A stretch of 64,000 nt of DNA from Candidatus Bathyarchaeota archaeon (GCA_963811105.1 CAWEPZ010000002.1:602984-666983), one strand, 5' to 3'; shown: positions 31,550-43,103, counted from the stretch's first letter. Numbers and translations: made by a program. The notes: a model not told the origin generated them from the letters alone.

Positions 31550-34102
31550 TTGAAAGCGGGAGAGAAAGAGAATACTTCACGTTTCAAACGCTTGTTTAAC
31601 AGAAGTAAGAGAGCGCCAAAACAGAAAGAAAACGAGGAAAACCAAACAACCGAAGAGACACCAACCACAAGTCAGGCACCAAAAAAGCTCTCGGGATTCA
31701 ACGAACGCTTCAGCATCACCAATATTAGAAAAAAGATGAAAGAGACAGAAAAGAGGGAACGTGCGCTTGAAACAACTAGAATCAAAATCATAACATTAAT
31801 TATGACTTTTATCGCAATGGGATTGGCTTTTTCGTTAATACCCCTATTATCACAGCCTTTGCCAATACTTCTAGCTCTACTTGTAGCTTTTGTTACTTGG
31901 CAAAAACCACGAATTGGAATGCCTGTTGGAAGCATCATTATCGGCATAGGCTTGCTTTATCATTTATCAGTATTTAATGCTGATGACCCTGTAAATTCAA
32001 TTAATTTCATTGCCCTGATAGGCGAACCCGTCTACCGATTCGCCTTCGCTGGTGTTTTAATGGGTTTATTTGTTGCGTTGCCCATAATCTTCTACCGCTA
32101 CAGGCATGCTATTGCCATAGACTTTGGCATATTGGCGGCGATGTCGCTTGCCAGCAACCAAACATACTTTTTAGCTATTCCATTAATCTTAACTGCAGTG
32201 GTGTTCTACAAAAAAGACGCTGTCGTAGCTGCCGTGTATTATGGTTTAATAACTATACCTTTGATGATTGTAGAATATTTTAAGTTCTATATAGCACAAA
32301 CTACCGCCGTAGAATGGTGGAAAGCGCCGGGGTCAGCTCCGCCGCTTTTTGAGCCTCTGACAAAAACGTTTAACCTACTTCAATCAACAACCATGGGCTC
32401 TTTTAGGCTCTTTAATGCAAACCAGCTTACAGACGCAATAACGTATCAATTTCTGCCCACGACCAATCCAGATATCGTAGGAAAAACAATGCGCTCAGCG
32501 ATTATTCAATACCGTGACTCTTTCCCAGGAATACTCTTGTTCGTGGTTATTATTGTCGGAGTAGTTTTGGCACTCATGGTTTTCGGCGTCGGTTTCGTAA
32601 AGAAGACAAACATTGCATATGGTGACCGCGTGTTAACATCTTTAGTTGCCACTGTAGCTACTGCATTGTTCTTTGTGCTTTTAGGTTCTCTTCAAGCTCC
32701 ATTAGCTTACACTGCAACAGTTGATGTTACAGCCACCGCTTTAGCTACTTTAGCCACTCTTGCCTTCACATTACCTATTTCCATGATTAATTATCAACCT
32801 AAAAAAAATGCAACAGCAGATATGATTACTGAAAAAGCAAATGAGTTGATGGTGACGCTCCAAGCCTTTGAAACCCAACTTAACATTGTCAAAACAAGCA
32901 TTCCAATAAACGTCAGCGCCACAGACGTAAAAATGATGCTTCTCAAAGACAAACTAAACGATATTCAAAACAAAATCTCCAAAGGATTCTACGAACCATC
33001 AGAAATGGACAAAATCTTCAATGAACTAGACAAAAGCATCAGCGCGGAAATTGATGGTCTGATATCTGAACTTAACGCTATTCTTAGTGAATACCAAATT
33101 TTCGTCAACACAGAATACGCTTCATGGCTTGGCAGACTCAAAGATGACATCGGATTAGAATTTAAGGCCAGCATGAAACCACATTATGAAGCAAACTTAC
33201 CTTTGGAAGAGCGAATACAAAGTATCCAAGAAGTGCTAGACGCTGGCAGAGTTCTAGCAGTTGATGTCATCCAAGTTGTTAATCCAATCTACGAAATTAT
33301 AACAGTTTTGTATGATCCAAATCTTCCTAAAGACAGCGAGGCAGTTGCCTATTCCAAAATGAAGCTTGATGAAAAAGCACCTTGGCAAGCGGTTGAAGCA
33401 TTGTACGTAGCGCTTAATAATTGGCGCAAGCAGTACGGCGATGAGATTGCAAAATCCACAGAATACCTCAAAAACTCCTTGAAGCCAATTATTGATTTAC
33501 CCCTTCAAAGTGGCAGTTTAGGGCCAGTCTTAGGTGACAAAATGCCCATGATACTGGGGGATGCAAAGAAAGCATCATTAATCAAAGATACCAGTGAGAA
33601 AAAACAGCTAAATGTTTTGAATCTGTTGACCATCGAATATCTTCTTGACGGCGTTCTTGATATTTCCAAAGACGTTTTCTCTATCCTTAACGAAGCGCTG
33701 AATAACCAAGAAAAAGACATCGTGGAAATGCTGCCTACAAGCAATTACCTTTGGGAGAAAAACGCTACTTTAAACGAAAGAATGACAGAAGCACTAACTG
33801 TACTATCTAGCCCAAGAAGTAAAGTGAACGAAATTATGGAAAACCTGCCAAAATTCGAAGGCTACATCAATGAATGCATACAAACACTAACATTATACAA
33901 TGAACGCAGAGAGCTCCTGCTCAACTATCCAATGGCGAGAATTGCAATAGAAGATCAGCTAAAACAAAAAACGCGCCTGACAACAGCTGATCTGCCCTTT
34001 GAAACAAAATACTCAGCTGAATACTTGCGACTCTACTACTTGGAAAAGTACAGCGAATTCGACTTTGACAAACAAAACGTTTGGTTAACAAAGAAAAGTT
34101 GA
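31550..34102 (+). CDS. Large polytopic membrane protein with long C-terminal helical domain
   Basis: Charged N-terminus, ~9-10 TM segments, ~430-aa amphipathic helical tail. Confidence 0.85.
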   Translation: MKAGEKENTSRFKRLFNRSKRAPKQKENEENQTTEETPTTSQAPKKLSGFNERFSITNIRKKMKETEKRERALETTRIKIITLIMTFIAMGLAFSLIPLLSQPLPILLALLVAFVTWQKPRIGMPVGSIIIGIGLLYHLSVFNADDPVNSINFIALIGEPVYRFAFAGVLMGLFVALPIIFYRYRHAIAIDFGILAAMSLASNQTYFLAIPLILTAVVFYKKDAVVAAVYYGLITIPLMIVEYFKFYIAQTTAVEWWKAPGSAPPLFEPLTKTFNLLQSTTMGSFRLFNANQLTDAITYQFLPTTNPDIVGKTMRSAIIQYRDSFPGILLFVVIIVGVVLALMVFGVGFVKKTNIAYGDRVLTSLVATVATALFFVLLGSLQAPLAYTATVDVTATALATLATLAFTLPISMINYQPKKNATADMITEKANELMVTLQAFETQLNIVKTSIPINVSATDVKMMLLKDKLNDIQNKISKGFYEPSEMDKIFNELDKSISAEIDGLISELNAILSEYQIFVNTEYASWLGRLKDDIGLEFKASMKPHYEANLPLEERIQSIQEVLDAGRVLAVDVIQVVNPIYEIITVLYDPNLPKDSEAVAYSKMKLDEKAPWQAVEALYVALNNWRKQYGDEIAKSTEYLKNSLKPIIDLPLQSGSLGPVLGDKMPMILGDAKKASLIKDTSEKKQLNVLNLLTIEYLLDGVLDISKDVFSILNEALNNQEKDIVEMLPTSNYLWEKNATLNERMTEALTVLSSPRSKVNEIMENLPKFEGYINECIQTLTLYNERRELLLNYPMARIAIEDQLKQKTRLTTADLPFETKYSAEYLRLYYLEKYSEFDFDKQNVWLTKKS

Positions 34103-34184
34103 CCAACTTGATTTAACGTATCAACACTTTCTTTTTATATCTCAAATCGCTTCTAATCAAATAGTAGTTTTTGAGGCGAAAAAC

Positions 34185-34850
34185 ATGACTTATTTTGCTG
34201 ACCGAGTTGACGCTGGAAAGCGTTTAGCTTCAGCGCTGACGGATTTTGAAAGTAAAAACGGGGTTGTTTTAGCGATTCCACGAGGCGGCGTCATTGTAGG
34301 CTATGAGATTGCCAAAGCTCTTAATCTTCCACTTGACGTTATTATTCCGCACAAGATTGGTGCACCAGACAATCCTGAGTTGGCTATTGGCGCTATGACT
34401 GAAGACGGAACTATAATCCTGGATAACAAATTAGTCGCGTTTATTGGTGTACCCGACTGGTATGTTCAAGAAGAAAGCAAACGACAAAAAGTCGAAATTG
34501 AACGCCGACTAAAATTATACAGGCAAAACGAGCCTTATCCAAAATTGAAAGGTCGGGATGTTATACTTGTGGATGATGGAATAGCTACAGGTTCAACCAT
34601 GAAGGCAGCCTTAGCCTCTGTCAGAAACAGGGGCGCCAGAACTGTTACCGTCGCAGTTCCAGTTGGTCCACCTTCAACTTTAGAAGAACTAAAAAAGCAA
34701 GCAGACCAAGTAGTTTGCATATATACTCCGGAGTATTTCCAAGCCATTGGAGAATTCTTCGCTGATTTTGGCCAAACATCGGATGAAGAGGTAATCGACA
34801 TACTTAGGCAAAGTAGACGAAAACATCCCGAAAAAATAGCTGGGAGGTGA
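34185..34850 (+). CDS. Type I phosphoribosyltransferase
   Basis: FADRVDAG, LAIPRGGV, VILVDDGIATGST, VAVPV. Confidence 0.93.
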   Translation: MTYFADRVDAGKRLASALTDFESKNGVVLAIPRGGVIVGYEIAKALNLPLDVIIPHKIGAPDNPELAIGAMTEDGTIILDNKLVAFIGVPDWYVQEESKRQKVEIERRLKLYRQNEPYPKLKGRDVILVDDGIATGSTMKAALASVRNRGARTVTVAVPVGPPSTLEELKKQADQVVCIYTPEYFQAIGEFFADFGQTSDEEVIDILRQSRRKHPEKIAGR

Positions 34851-34854
34851 GAGC

Positions 34855-35512
34855 ATGAGTCATCAAGAAATAATCGTTAGAATTCCTGTCGGCGGAGCAA
34901 TTGTGGAGGGCAACCTAAACCTACCCTCTGAGACTAAAGGGGTAGTATTGTTTGCACATGGAAGCGGAAGCAGCAGATTCAGCCCCCGAAACCGATATGT
35001 TGCAAGGCAGTTTAACAAGGCAAAAATTGGAACATTACTATTCGATTTGCTTACTAATGAAGAAGACCAACAAGACTTAGAAACAGGCGAATACCGCTTT
35101 AACATCTCTCTTCTTGCTAAGCGCCTAATTGCTGCAACTGAATGGCTCAAAGTAGATCCAAAAACAAAAAATTGCATTTTCGGTTACTTTGGAGCAAGCA
35201 CAGGCGCAGCAGCGGCTTTAATAGCGGCCGCAAAGCTTCCAAATGACATTATGGCTGTGGTTTCTCGTGGAGGACGCCCAGATTTAGCAGCGGATTATCT
35301 TCCTCAAGTAACGGCACCAACTCTTTTGCTGGTAGGCGGATTGGACACTGAGGTGATCGAGTTAAACAGACTTGCAATGGGGCAAATGTCATCTGAAAAA
35401 AAAATAGTGATTATCCCGGGCGCAACGCATCTGTTTGAGGAGCCGAGGGAAGCTTGAAGAGGTCGCGAAGATATCAACAGATTGGTTCCTGCGTTACCTA
35501 CTTAAGCAGTAA
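34855..35512 (+). CDS. Dienelactone-hydrolase-like alpha/beta hydrolase (one +1 frameshift)
   Basis: HGSGSSRFSPRN, GYFGASTG, SRGGRPDLA, ATHLFEEP; removing A35446 restores GKLEEVAKISTDWF...*. Confidence 0.88.
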
Positions 35513-35529
35513 GCATTGAGGAGAAATAC

Positions 35530-35961
35530 TTATTCGCCTTTCGGATTCTTGTACATATTATAGAGTGCATAGTTTTCTGCAATGTCCGCCGTGTATAGAA
35601 AGCTAAACGCTAACACATCTTCAAGAGGCACATTCATGTAAACCTTATCTTCAGAAATGTTCATTGCTTTGGCTTTAGAGGTCAAAATCACCGTTAAAGT
35701 ATCTCCCATTGCTAGCTCGTCGCCGAGTTTATGTCCATCTTCTGAAACTTCGTCGAGGGCTATGGCTGTTTTCCATGCGTCGCCCCCTCCGAAATCAATA
35801 ATTACGTATGGATGTCCCATTTGAACCAAGGACGAAATAGAGATCGAGGGCATACATTTTGCGCATTGGCCTGAAACCTCATTCATTTCTGTCTCGTTTA
35901 AAGGTAGAACAAGAATTTTATGTTTTATATTTGATTGATCTGTCACTGTGAGAAACTGCAT
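35530..35961 (-). CDS. Hypothetical protein
   Basis: 143-aa ATG ORF. Confidence 0.6.
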   Translation of the reverse strand: MQFLTVTDQSNIKHKILVLPLNETEMNEVSGQCAKCMPSISISSLVQMGHPYVIIDFGGGDAWKTAIALDEVSEDGHKLGDELAMGDTLTVILTSKAKAMNISEDKVYMNVPLEDVLAFSFLYTADIAENYALYNMYKNPKGE

Positions 35962-36090
35962 AAAATCACAAACTAGTTATTCTCTTTTAAAGCTATAACT
36001 TTTTCTGTTTTGTCAAAGAGCCAAAAGCGGATTGTCTAAGTAGAAAAAATTAGAGTAGATTTGTTTGCCGGAGTTAAGTTATTTAGCTGA

Positions 36091-36300
36091 TTATGTTGTG
36101 CCTTTTTTGTCGCTAACATTAACGTTTACAACTTGCTGCACGTTTTGTGGTTTGTCTTTTTTTCTGCCCATCATTGCAGGTGAAAATATTAGCCAAGCTA
36201 TGAATCCGCAAATGACTCCGTTGAAAGCTGAAATTATTGCCGTGAATGCATCTGCAGTTCCGCCGACTAAATAGCCAGACGCAGCTTCTACGATAGACAA
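36091..36300 (-). pseudogene. Membrane protein fragment
   Basis: TM plus QQVVNVNV tail; no clear start. Confidence 0.35.
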
Positions 36301-36661
36301 TATTTTTTCATAGATTAGGCAAAGCTGTCAGCTGCAGTGTTGAATCCTAAATTCTGTGCGTCACTCCAGAACAGCAAATCAAAATCTGCTACATTCGATT
36401 CAAACCTAAAGGCAAACCTTCCTCGAAAACTTCTCTGTGAATGATGATGCAGCTGGTTCCGTTAAAAATCGATTTCATCTTAGAACCCCAAATAGCGTTG
36501 CCTTGCGCGTCTTTGAGGTTCAAGTTAAGTATTTTTATGGGGGTTAGGCGGAATAAATTACCTGTAGTGACAAGTTTTTTGTAAATGGCAAAGGGCAAAT
36601 TATTATAGAAGTGATGTAGATAAACAAAAGAAAAGGGGAAATAATTTTTTGCGCTTATTGA

Positions 36662-39277
36662 TTATGCTTTTTTCCTGAGTAGCAAAAATCCTACTATAGC
36701 GACCGCCAGAATAATTGCAATGGTTGAAATTGCGAAGTATAGCTCAAAAGGTGTTTGTGCAGCCAATGTTAGCGGTGTGGGTGTTGGAGTTGTAACTGGA
36801 CCTTTGGCTGCCGTTGCATAAGTAGTTGCATATGAACTGCCGTAGGAGTCGTCGCCCATGAATGTTGCCGTAATAGTGTATTGTCCTTCAATTGCAGGGT
36901 ACCATGTGTAGCCGAAAGTGCCGCTGTATCCTTCAGTGGTTACGTCTGCGATATGAATTGGGTTACCGTTTGAATCTACAGCATCTATGGATACTGGAAC
37001 CCCAATTATCGTTTCATTGTTAAAGAGTCCACCGTGTGGCTGCGACAGATGCAAGTATTCCATTTGTGTTGACATTGAATCCTTTGAAACACATGGCGAA
37101 CTAGACTCTGCCGGTGACATGTCAAGTACTGTACCTTTAATCAAAATTCCATTCCCTGCAGATACTGCTGTTTCCGGCGCCGTTACTGTAGTAGTGCTCT
37201 GCCCCTTGCCGATCACATACATATACCCATCCCACGGGTTAGCAGCTACCAGATAGCCATCAGAAACTGCTCCAAAAGTCATTGGATTATCTAGTTTCCA
37301 TACAAGTGTACCATCAGTCATATTGATGCAGTGTATGCCCCACCCTCGTGTTAGCGGCCAAGTGGGTGTGTGCTCAGTATTGTATGTGAACAGCTTTCCG
37401 TCAGCAATGTTTCCGCCTGCATTGAAGGCATAATTATCAGTGCCATTTACATCAGTGTAGGGACTTTCGAACGGTGCATATGTGGGTGCAACGTAGTGCC
37501 ACACTATTCTGCCATCAGTCCAGTTGAAGGCCCAAACGCCGTCATAAGCATACCTAATGACCATACCATAACCTGACGAGATTGCGTAAGCTCCGAAACC
37601 AGAGACCGACCAAGGATAATCCGTCTTCTCACTTCTGAACCATTTTCCCGTAAAGCCATCGAATATTACGAAGTATCCGCCTTGAGCCCAAGCAGCGACT
37701 TTTCCGTGATCCATCATCACAGGGCCTGAATGATACAGAATGTCCGGATATTCAGTTGTTGTTAAGTTGTATGTCAGTGCGCCTGTTGATAGCTTATAGA
37801 ATTGGCATACGATTTGCCACCTTAAACTATCGAAGGGCTGACCATATTGTGGATTAGACTGTCCATATGTATCTGTCACGACTGCTCCCATATCGTTCTC
37901 GTAATCCTGGTATGTCGGTAGACTGCTTCTCTGGTAGGTTGTATTGCTTATTATTCTAGTAGTGAAGTTAGTGCTTGTTCCTCTTGTTGTCCAGTTAATC
38001 AAACGGTAACGTTGATCGCCTGCGGTTGCTCCGAGATCCTGTATGTTCGAAACATAGCCACCGATCTGGTTGACAAAAGTACCTCCCGTCAAGGGCGCAA
38101 TTGAGTAGTTCCCGGTTACGGCTCCAGTAAATGGATCAATCTTCCTCAAATACGAACCGCTTATCGACAAAAGATCGATTGACCAAGTTTGAGATCCTAA
38201 TTCCTCGCCAGAGATTGTCTCGCTCGATGAGACTGGTGAATTATATGCAATCCAAGAAGGCGTAATACCATTCGATGCTATCGGTATTGCGTAATACTGT
38301 ACTCCGGTTTGTAGATCATAGCACACTGCACAGCTCGTTGGCACACCCTGTATTGATACCGTCATGGTCTGGTAGCATCTTCCTGCATAGATCACACTGG
38401 GGGTACCTGGATTACCTGTTGTTCCGAACTGGCCTGCCGGGCCTCCGATAAGGCCTGCCACAGCACCAAGTCGTTTCCACAGTACGTGAGCAGTGTTTGG
38501 CGCTTGAACCCATGGAGTGAAACCAGCAGCTGAATTGTATTGTTTGGTCGTGCCAGGATAGAGTGTGTCCCAGTTAGGATAGCCAAAGCCAACATAGCCA
38601 GTGCCAGGATAGTTTCCTAGAATTGGCCACCAACCTCTGTTGTTTATTGAAGCAGGGCGAGTCCAGTAGTCGGTCGGCATGGTTAACGGCCAAGACGCCA
38701 CAGCAGCTTGCTGAACGGTAAGGTTTTGTGTCTGAGTGGAACTGGGCTTGTAGTAGCATTCGTTATATATGTTATCTCTTCCGCCAAACTCAAGATTAGC
38801 TCCCGATGAGTTCGTTACGATTTTTCCATTGAAATATCGTCCTGCAGGGAAATACGTTCCAATAAAGTCAAACTTGATTCCCCATGTTCCAGTTTGATCT
38901 GGAGTTAGTGTAAACCAGCTTGCAGCGGTAGCAGGTTCCGAGTCTACAGTTCTGACGTCTTTGGTTCCGTCTGGTTTCGTGATTGTAATTACAAATCCCA
39001 TGGGAATAATTATATTGTTTGAAGGGAGTGCAGGATTAATCCAGAAGTTCACCAAAACTTCTTGACCAACGCCTACAACCCAAGGTTCAAAGCTAAGGAA
39101 GGCTCTAGTTTCAGCTTGTCTGGCAACAGTAATGCCGGCTGGTATTGGTCCACTAACGGGTTGTTGTGCAGCAAGTTGACCCTTGGCTGACTGAATTGGC
39201 ATTAACATTGGTACAATAGAAGCAATCAGAATTGCCATGAAGATTAAAGCAAGTGTCTTTATTTTGTTTGTTTGCAA
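36662..39277 (-). CDS. Large surface protein with PQQ-like beta-propeller and Ig-like domains, C-terminal anchor
   Basis: Signal peptide, ITKPDG, APNTAHVLW, DG..VW repeats, IADGK, TM plus LRKK. Confidence 0.88.
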   Translation of the reverse strand: MQTNKIKTLALIFMAILIASIVPMLMPIQSAKGQLAAQQPVSGPIPAGITVARQAETRAFLSFEPWVVGVGQEVLVNFWINPALPSNNIIIPMGFVITITKPDGTKDVRTVDSEPATAASWFTLTPDQTGTWGIKFDFIGTYFPAGRYFNGKIVTNSSGANLEFGGRDNIYNECYYKPSSTQTQNLTVQQAAVASWPLTMPTDYWTRPASINNRGWWPILGNYPGTGYVGFGYPNWDTLYPGTTKQYNSAAGFTPWVQAPNTAHVLWKRLGAVAGLIGGPAGQFGTTGNPGTPSVIYAGRCYQTMTVSIQGVPTSCAVCYDLQTGVQYYAIPIASNGITPSWIAYNSPVSSSETISGEELGSQTWSIDLLSISGSYLRKIDPFTGAVTGNYSIAPLTGGTFVNQIGGYVSNIQDLGATAGDQRYRLINWTTRGTSTNFTTRIISNTTYQRSSLPTYQDYENDMGAVVTDTYGQSNPQYGQPFDSLRWQIVCQFYKLSTGALTYNLTTTEYPDILYHSGPVMMDHGKVAAWAQGGYFVIFDGFTGKWFRSEKTDYPWSVSGFGAYAISSGYGMVIRYAYDGVWAFNWTDGRIVWHYVAPTYAPFESPYTDVNGTDNYAFNAGGNIADGKLFTYNTEHTPTWPLTRGWGIHCINMTDGTLVWKLDNPMTFGAVSDGYLVAANPWDGYMYVIGKGQSTTTVTAPETAVSAGNGILIKGTVLDMSPAESSSPCVSKDSMSTQMEYLHLSQPHGGLFNNETIIGVPVSIDAVDSNGNPIHIADVTTEGYSGTFGYTWYPAIEGQYTITATFMGDDSYGSSYATTYATAAKGPVTTPTPTPLTLAAQTPFELYFAISTIAIILAVAIVGFLLLRKKA

Positions 39278-39504
39278 ATGAATTTTTTCTCCTTTTTTTT
39301 ACTTTTTTTACTTATTTGCCAAAAAAAGGCCTGAAGTCCTATGTGTAACAAAGTTTATTTAAGACTTTCGAAAAAATCAACTTATGCAATTAAGATGATA
39401 ACAAGAAATAGCCATTTCTTAGCGGTCAAACCCAAAACTGACCTTTTCATTAGAAAAATCTTATCTTGTGTAGCTTACAATAGCAAGGTGGAGCTACCAG
39501 CCTG

Positions 39505-40134
39505 TTGATAGATCTAAGTTTAATTGTTTTAAATATTATTCTGTTTTTTCTCTTTGCCTTAATAGGATCTTTAGAATTCAGAAAGAAAAGAGAACGTCGC
39601 CTATGGGGAGCTTCTGTCTCTATTATAGTTGCTGAAACCTTCGGGTTCTCACAGCGCTTATTGAGTGTTTTAACATTTATAACCGCATTTTACATATCAA
39701 TGCAAGGAATCCCAGTAAGCATTTATGCAATATTATGGGTATTTGGCGCCGATCCCAAAGGATGGATTCCACTTGACTATATTCCGCTTGAAGTAACTGG
39801 GATAGTGTTGTTTTTCATAGGCGGTCTTCTTGTTATCCTCGGCTGGTCAAAAATATTCAATGCGAAAGACCACATAGTCACTGATGGCGTCTACAGGCAT
39901 CTTAGGCATCCCCAATACTTAGGGATTTTACTAGCTACCCTTAGCCTAACTATCTACAGGTTCTCTCCAATTTCAGTAATGTTATGGCCAGCTTTAGTGC
40001 TCATTTATTACCAATTGGCAAGGAAAGAAGAAAAGAACATAGAAGGCAAGTTTGGTGAACAATTTCTTGAGTATAAACGAAATGTTTCCATGTTTTTGCC
40101 TTTCACTAGCTTGCGAAAGCAGAGTGAAGCCTGA
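39505..40134 (+). CDS. Isoprenylcysteine carboxyl methyltransferase/PEMT family membrane protein
   Basis: IVTDGVYRHLRHPQYLG, EE....KFGEQFLEYKRNV..FLP. Confidence 0.9.
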   Translation: MIDLSLIVLNIILFFLFALIGSLEFRKKRERRLWGASVSIIVAETFGFSQRLLSVLTFITAFYISMQGIPVSIYAILWVFGADPKGWIPLDYIPLEVTGIVLFFIGGLLVILGWSKIFNAKDHIVTDGVYRHLRHPQYLGILLATLSLTIYRFSPISVMLWPALVLIYYQLARKEEKNIEGKFGEQFLEYKRNVSMFLPFTSLRKQSEA

Positions 40135-40230
40135 ATTCCGCTCATAGACAATACCAAAAACAATTGCTTTTTTTAAATATGCGTCGCAAACGTAAGGCTT
40201 CTTTGACCATTGGCTCTACGAATGAGACGT

Positions 40231-41563
40231 TTAACCTTTACTTTTTCTCATTCTAACGTACAGGTACATAAAAGTGAAGCTAATTGCAATAAAGACTACA
40301 GCTGCCAAGGTATAAAGGTCATAGTTAGGTGATGAAGGAGACGGAGAAGTCAGCTGCGATATTGGACCGCCAAAGCAATAAACTGTCCCTTCCCTTGAGA
40401 CTACGTAAAGTTTGCCGTCGGCAATAGCGGGGGAAGATTTTACTTCGCTTCCAACGTCATAATTCCATATTTGCATTCCTGTAGTCGAGTTTAAACAATA
40501 TGCGCGTCCGTCGTTTGAGCCTATGTACAGTTTGTCGTCAGCAATAGCCGGGGAAGAAGCCACAGAATCTCCAGTTTCAAAATTCCAGATTATTGCTCCA
40601 TCGCTCGGACTTAAACAGTAAACATTTCCATCCCATGAACCCACGAAGACTTTGCCGTAAGCGAAAGCGGGAGATGAGAATACAGCTGGCGGCGCATCGC
40701 AACTCCATATTATTGTTCCAGTATTGGCGTCCAAACAATGAATTTGCGACCCCACCCACCCTTGTGGTGACCCGCCATCTGCAAAAAAGACTTTTCCATC
40801 AGCAACACAAGGAGAATCGCTAATTTTACTTGAAGCTGTATAAGTCCATAGCATAGCTCCTGTATTCTCATCTAAAGCAAAAAAGCTGTCTTGGCTTCCT
40901 GCAAATACCTTGCCGTCAGCTACTGCGGGGTTAAAGGGCCAATCCCCAGTATTATATTTCCACACCAACGCTCCTGTGTCCGAGTCGAGGCAATAAAGGT
41001 TAAAATCAGCCGATCCTGTAAACACCTTGCCCTCTGAAACAGCGATAAAGGAAAACAAATCGTCCCCAGTTTTGTATTTCCATATAACCAATCCGTTTGT
41101 TGCATTCAAGCAATACATGTAATCATCTATAGATCCTATGTAGACTTTTCCATCAAGAACGGCCGGAGATGCCCTGTTCGGGTGATATTGTCCTTGCGTG
41201 CATCGCATGGATAAATCGCTTCTATATTTCCAAATAAATGAGCCTGTACTGGCGTTCAAACAAACGACGTAATCATCCTCTGACTGTATAAACATCCTAT
41301 CATCTGCAACCGCGGGAGAAGCACACATAACACCTCCCGAAAGTGTATAATTCCACAATAAATTTGGTGTGTTAGGTGCTAGGCTTTCGGTGTAACCTGT
41401 GAAGCCAGCGTCGTGGTGGAACATTGGCCACGGATAGCTTGTTTGATTTTCTTGTGCACTCAGCTGGGCGTTGGCTGTTTGGTAGACAATTGGATGCAAC
41501 AAGAAAAGCTATCAATAAAACCATCGAGAATGCAAATAGTCTAGTATGGGTATTTGAGGTCAA
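40231..41563 (-). CDS. PQQ-repeat (BamB-like) beta-propeller surface protein (one +1 frameshift in signal peptide)
   Basis: WPMFHHD, repeated SSPAVADGKVY/FVGS.DG.VYCL...TG..IW; signal peptide is in another frame, joined at a T-run near 41505. Confidence 0.9.
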
Positions 41564-41821
41564 GCAACGATCGGTTGATTATTTTCCGCTCTAAAGCTTT
41601 TAAAGTATTCTCAATTCCAAAGTTGAAAACATAATAATCACAAAAGTATTTGCCTAGCGTACTCAAAACCTGACTCAACAAACTTTTGAGCTGAGAATAC
41701 AATAGTTAAGCCAGAGTTTTGGAAATGTTTGTTACCGAATGTGCTGCATTTTGTTTAATCGCTTTATAGGGAAGTTTATGTAGTATAGAGCAGTAACGTT
41801 ATGATTAAATGGTGATGGAAA

Positions 41822-42109
41822 ATGTCGGAAAAATCAAAGATTGTTTTCGTTGGAAATAAAATGCCAATGGACTATGTTATGGCGATTATTACTGGTCTGT
41901 CGGCGGGCGATGGTAAAGAAATAACCTTGAAAGCAAGAGGACAAGCAATAGCTACAGCGGTTGACGCAGCTGAAATAACGAGAAATCGCTTCCTAAAAGA
42001 CCTGAAAGTACACAAAATCGTAATAGGAACAGAGCAGATGCCGCCAAGAGAAGGCGAAACCAGATCACGAATGGTTTCAACAATTGAAATAATGCTAACA
42101 AAAGAGTAG
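41822..42109 (+). CDS. albA: DNA/RNA-binding protein Alba
   Basis: VFVGNKMPMDYV, LKARGQAIATAVDAAE, VSTIEI. Confidence 0.96.
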   Translation: MSEKSKIVFVGNKMPMDYVMAIITGLSAGDGKEITLKARGQAIATAVDAAEITRNRFLKDLKVHKIVIGTEQMPPREGETRSRMVSTIEIMLTKE

Positions 42110-42257
42110 GAATACTTCCGCGAAACACCGCTAAGTAAACATAAAAGCACGCCGAGTTTTGGTCTTCTGATGTCTTATTAAAAACGCTGTTGGAGAACCA
42201 AGACAACGTCGCTTTCTCTGCCTTTTTCCATATTTAGGTTGATCTTTGATTTTCTCT

Positions 42258-42440
42258 TCAAGCTTCTTTTGCTTTTGTTTCCTTCTTTGGGCTATCATGG
42301 CTCCATATCTTTGCCTTAACGTAACTCGCTCTACAACTGTTCGAATGGTACACTTTTTTTAAGTCATACGTTTCAAATACCACACCGCAGTAGCAGGTTC
42401 TAATTAGAACTTCATAACTTAATCTTTCAAAGCTTTCCAT
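42258..42440 (-). CDS. Small putative zinc-binding protein
   Basis: RTCYCG...YHSNSCR; start uncertain. Confidence 0.45.
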   Translation of the reverse strand: MESFERLSYEVLIRTCYCGVVFETYDLKKVYHSNSCRASYVKAKIWSHDSPKKETKAKEA

Positions 42441-42755
42441 ATCACAAGCATTCCAGTAGAAGTCTTTTAGTAATCCCTGTCTCTTTTTCAAATGTCAAGG
42501 GAAAACTGACCCCAAAAGTAACGCTGCTTTTATAGATCCAGCTTTCACAATTTGGTGGATCAAAAAATCTGCTTTTAATCACAAAACCTTCTCCATAGAT
42601 GATATATGAAGAGGTGGATTTCTGTCTTTCCATGCGTGCAAATAGCTTGAATGACCTGAATCAAATATACAGGACTAAAGTCTTTATAGAAGCCATTCAG
42701 TGATTTCCGTTGGTTAAATTAAATTTTAATCCCACAACTAAACGGTATTCAAACC

Positions 42756-43004
42756 TTAGTCTTCTTGATATTCGTTTTTAACAAGTTCTACGGAGACTGA
42801 ATCATCGTGACCAGTTTTCTTTTCGGGTTTTTTCTCTCTTCCTTCCATGAACCCATTTTCCGAAGCAGTTATTTCGTCTTCATCGAGCATGTTTTCTCTT
42901 TGCGCATCATCATAAATATCTTCAGTTTCTGTTTCGTCATTATTTTTTTTAACATCATCTGTATCCAAATGAGGCATTTTTCTTTTTTTGCTCATCCAAA
43001 ACAC
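42756..43004 (-). CDS. Small acidic protein
   Basis: D/E-rich, EDIYD...EDEITASENGFMEG. Confidence 0.6.
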   Translation of the reverse strand: MFWMSKKRKMPHLDTDDVKKNNDETETEDIYDDAQRENMLDEDEITASENGFMEGREKKPEKKTGHDDSVSVELVKNEYQED

Positions 43005-43103
43005 CCGTGAAGAACTATTAATGTTAGACCTTAATATCCTTAACTTGAGTTCAGTTTTAGTTGAAAAGGAAATAGAATTTGGAGAATTCAGTATAAATGT
43101 ACT

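Noticed and set aside
40300-41330. Repeats in the PQQ gene as a diversity-generating retroelement TR/VR pair
   Set aside because: Explained by beta-propeller blade repeats; no reverse transcriptase nearby.
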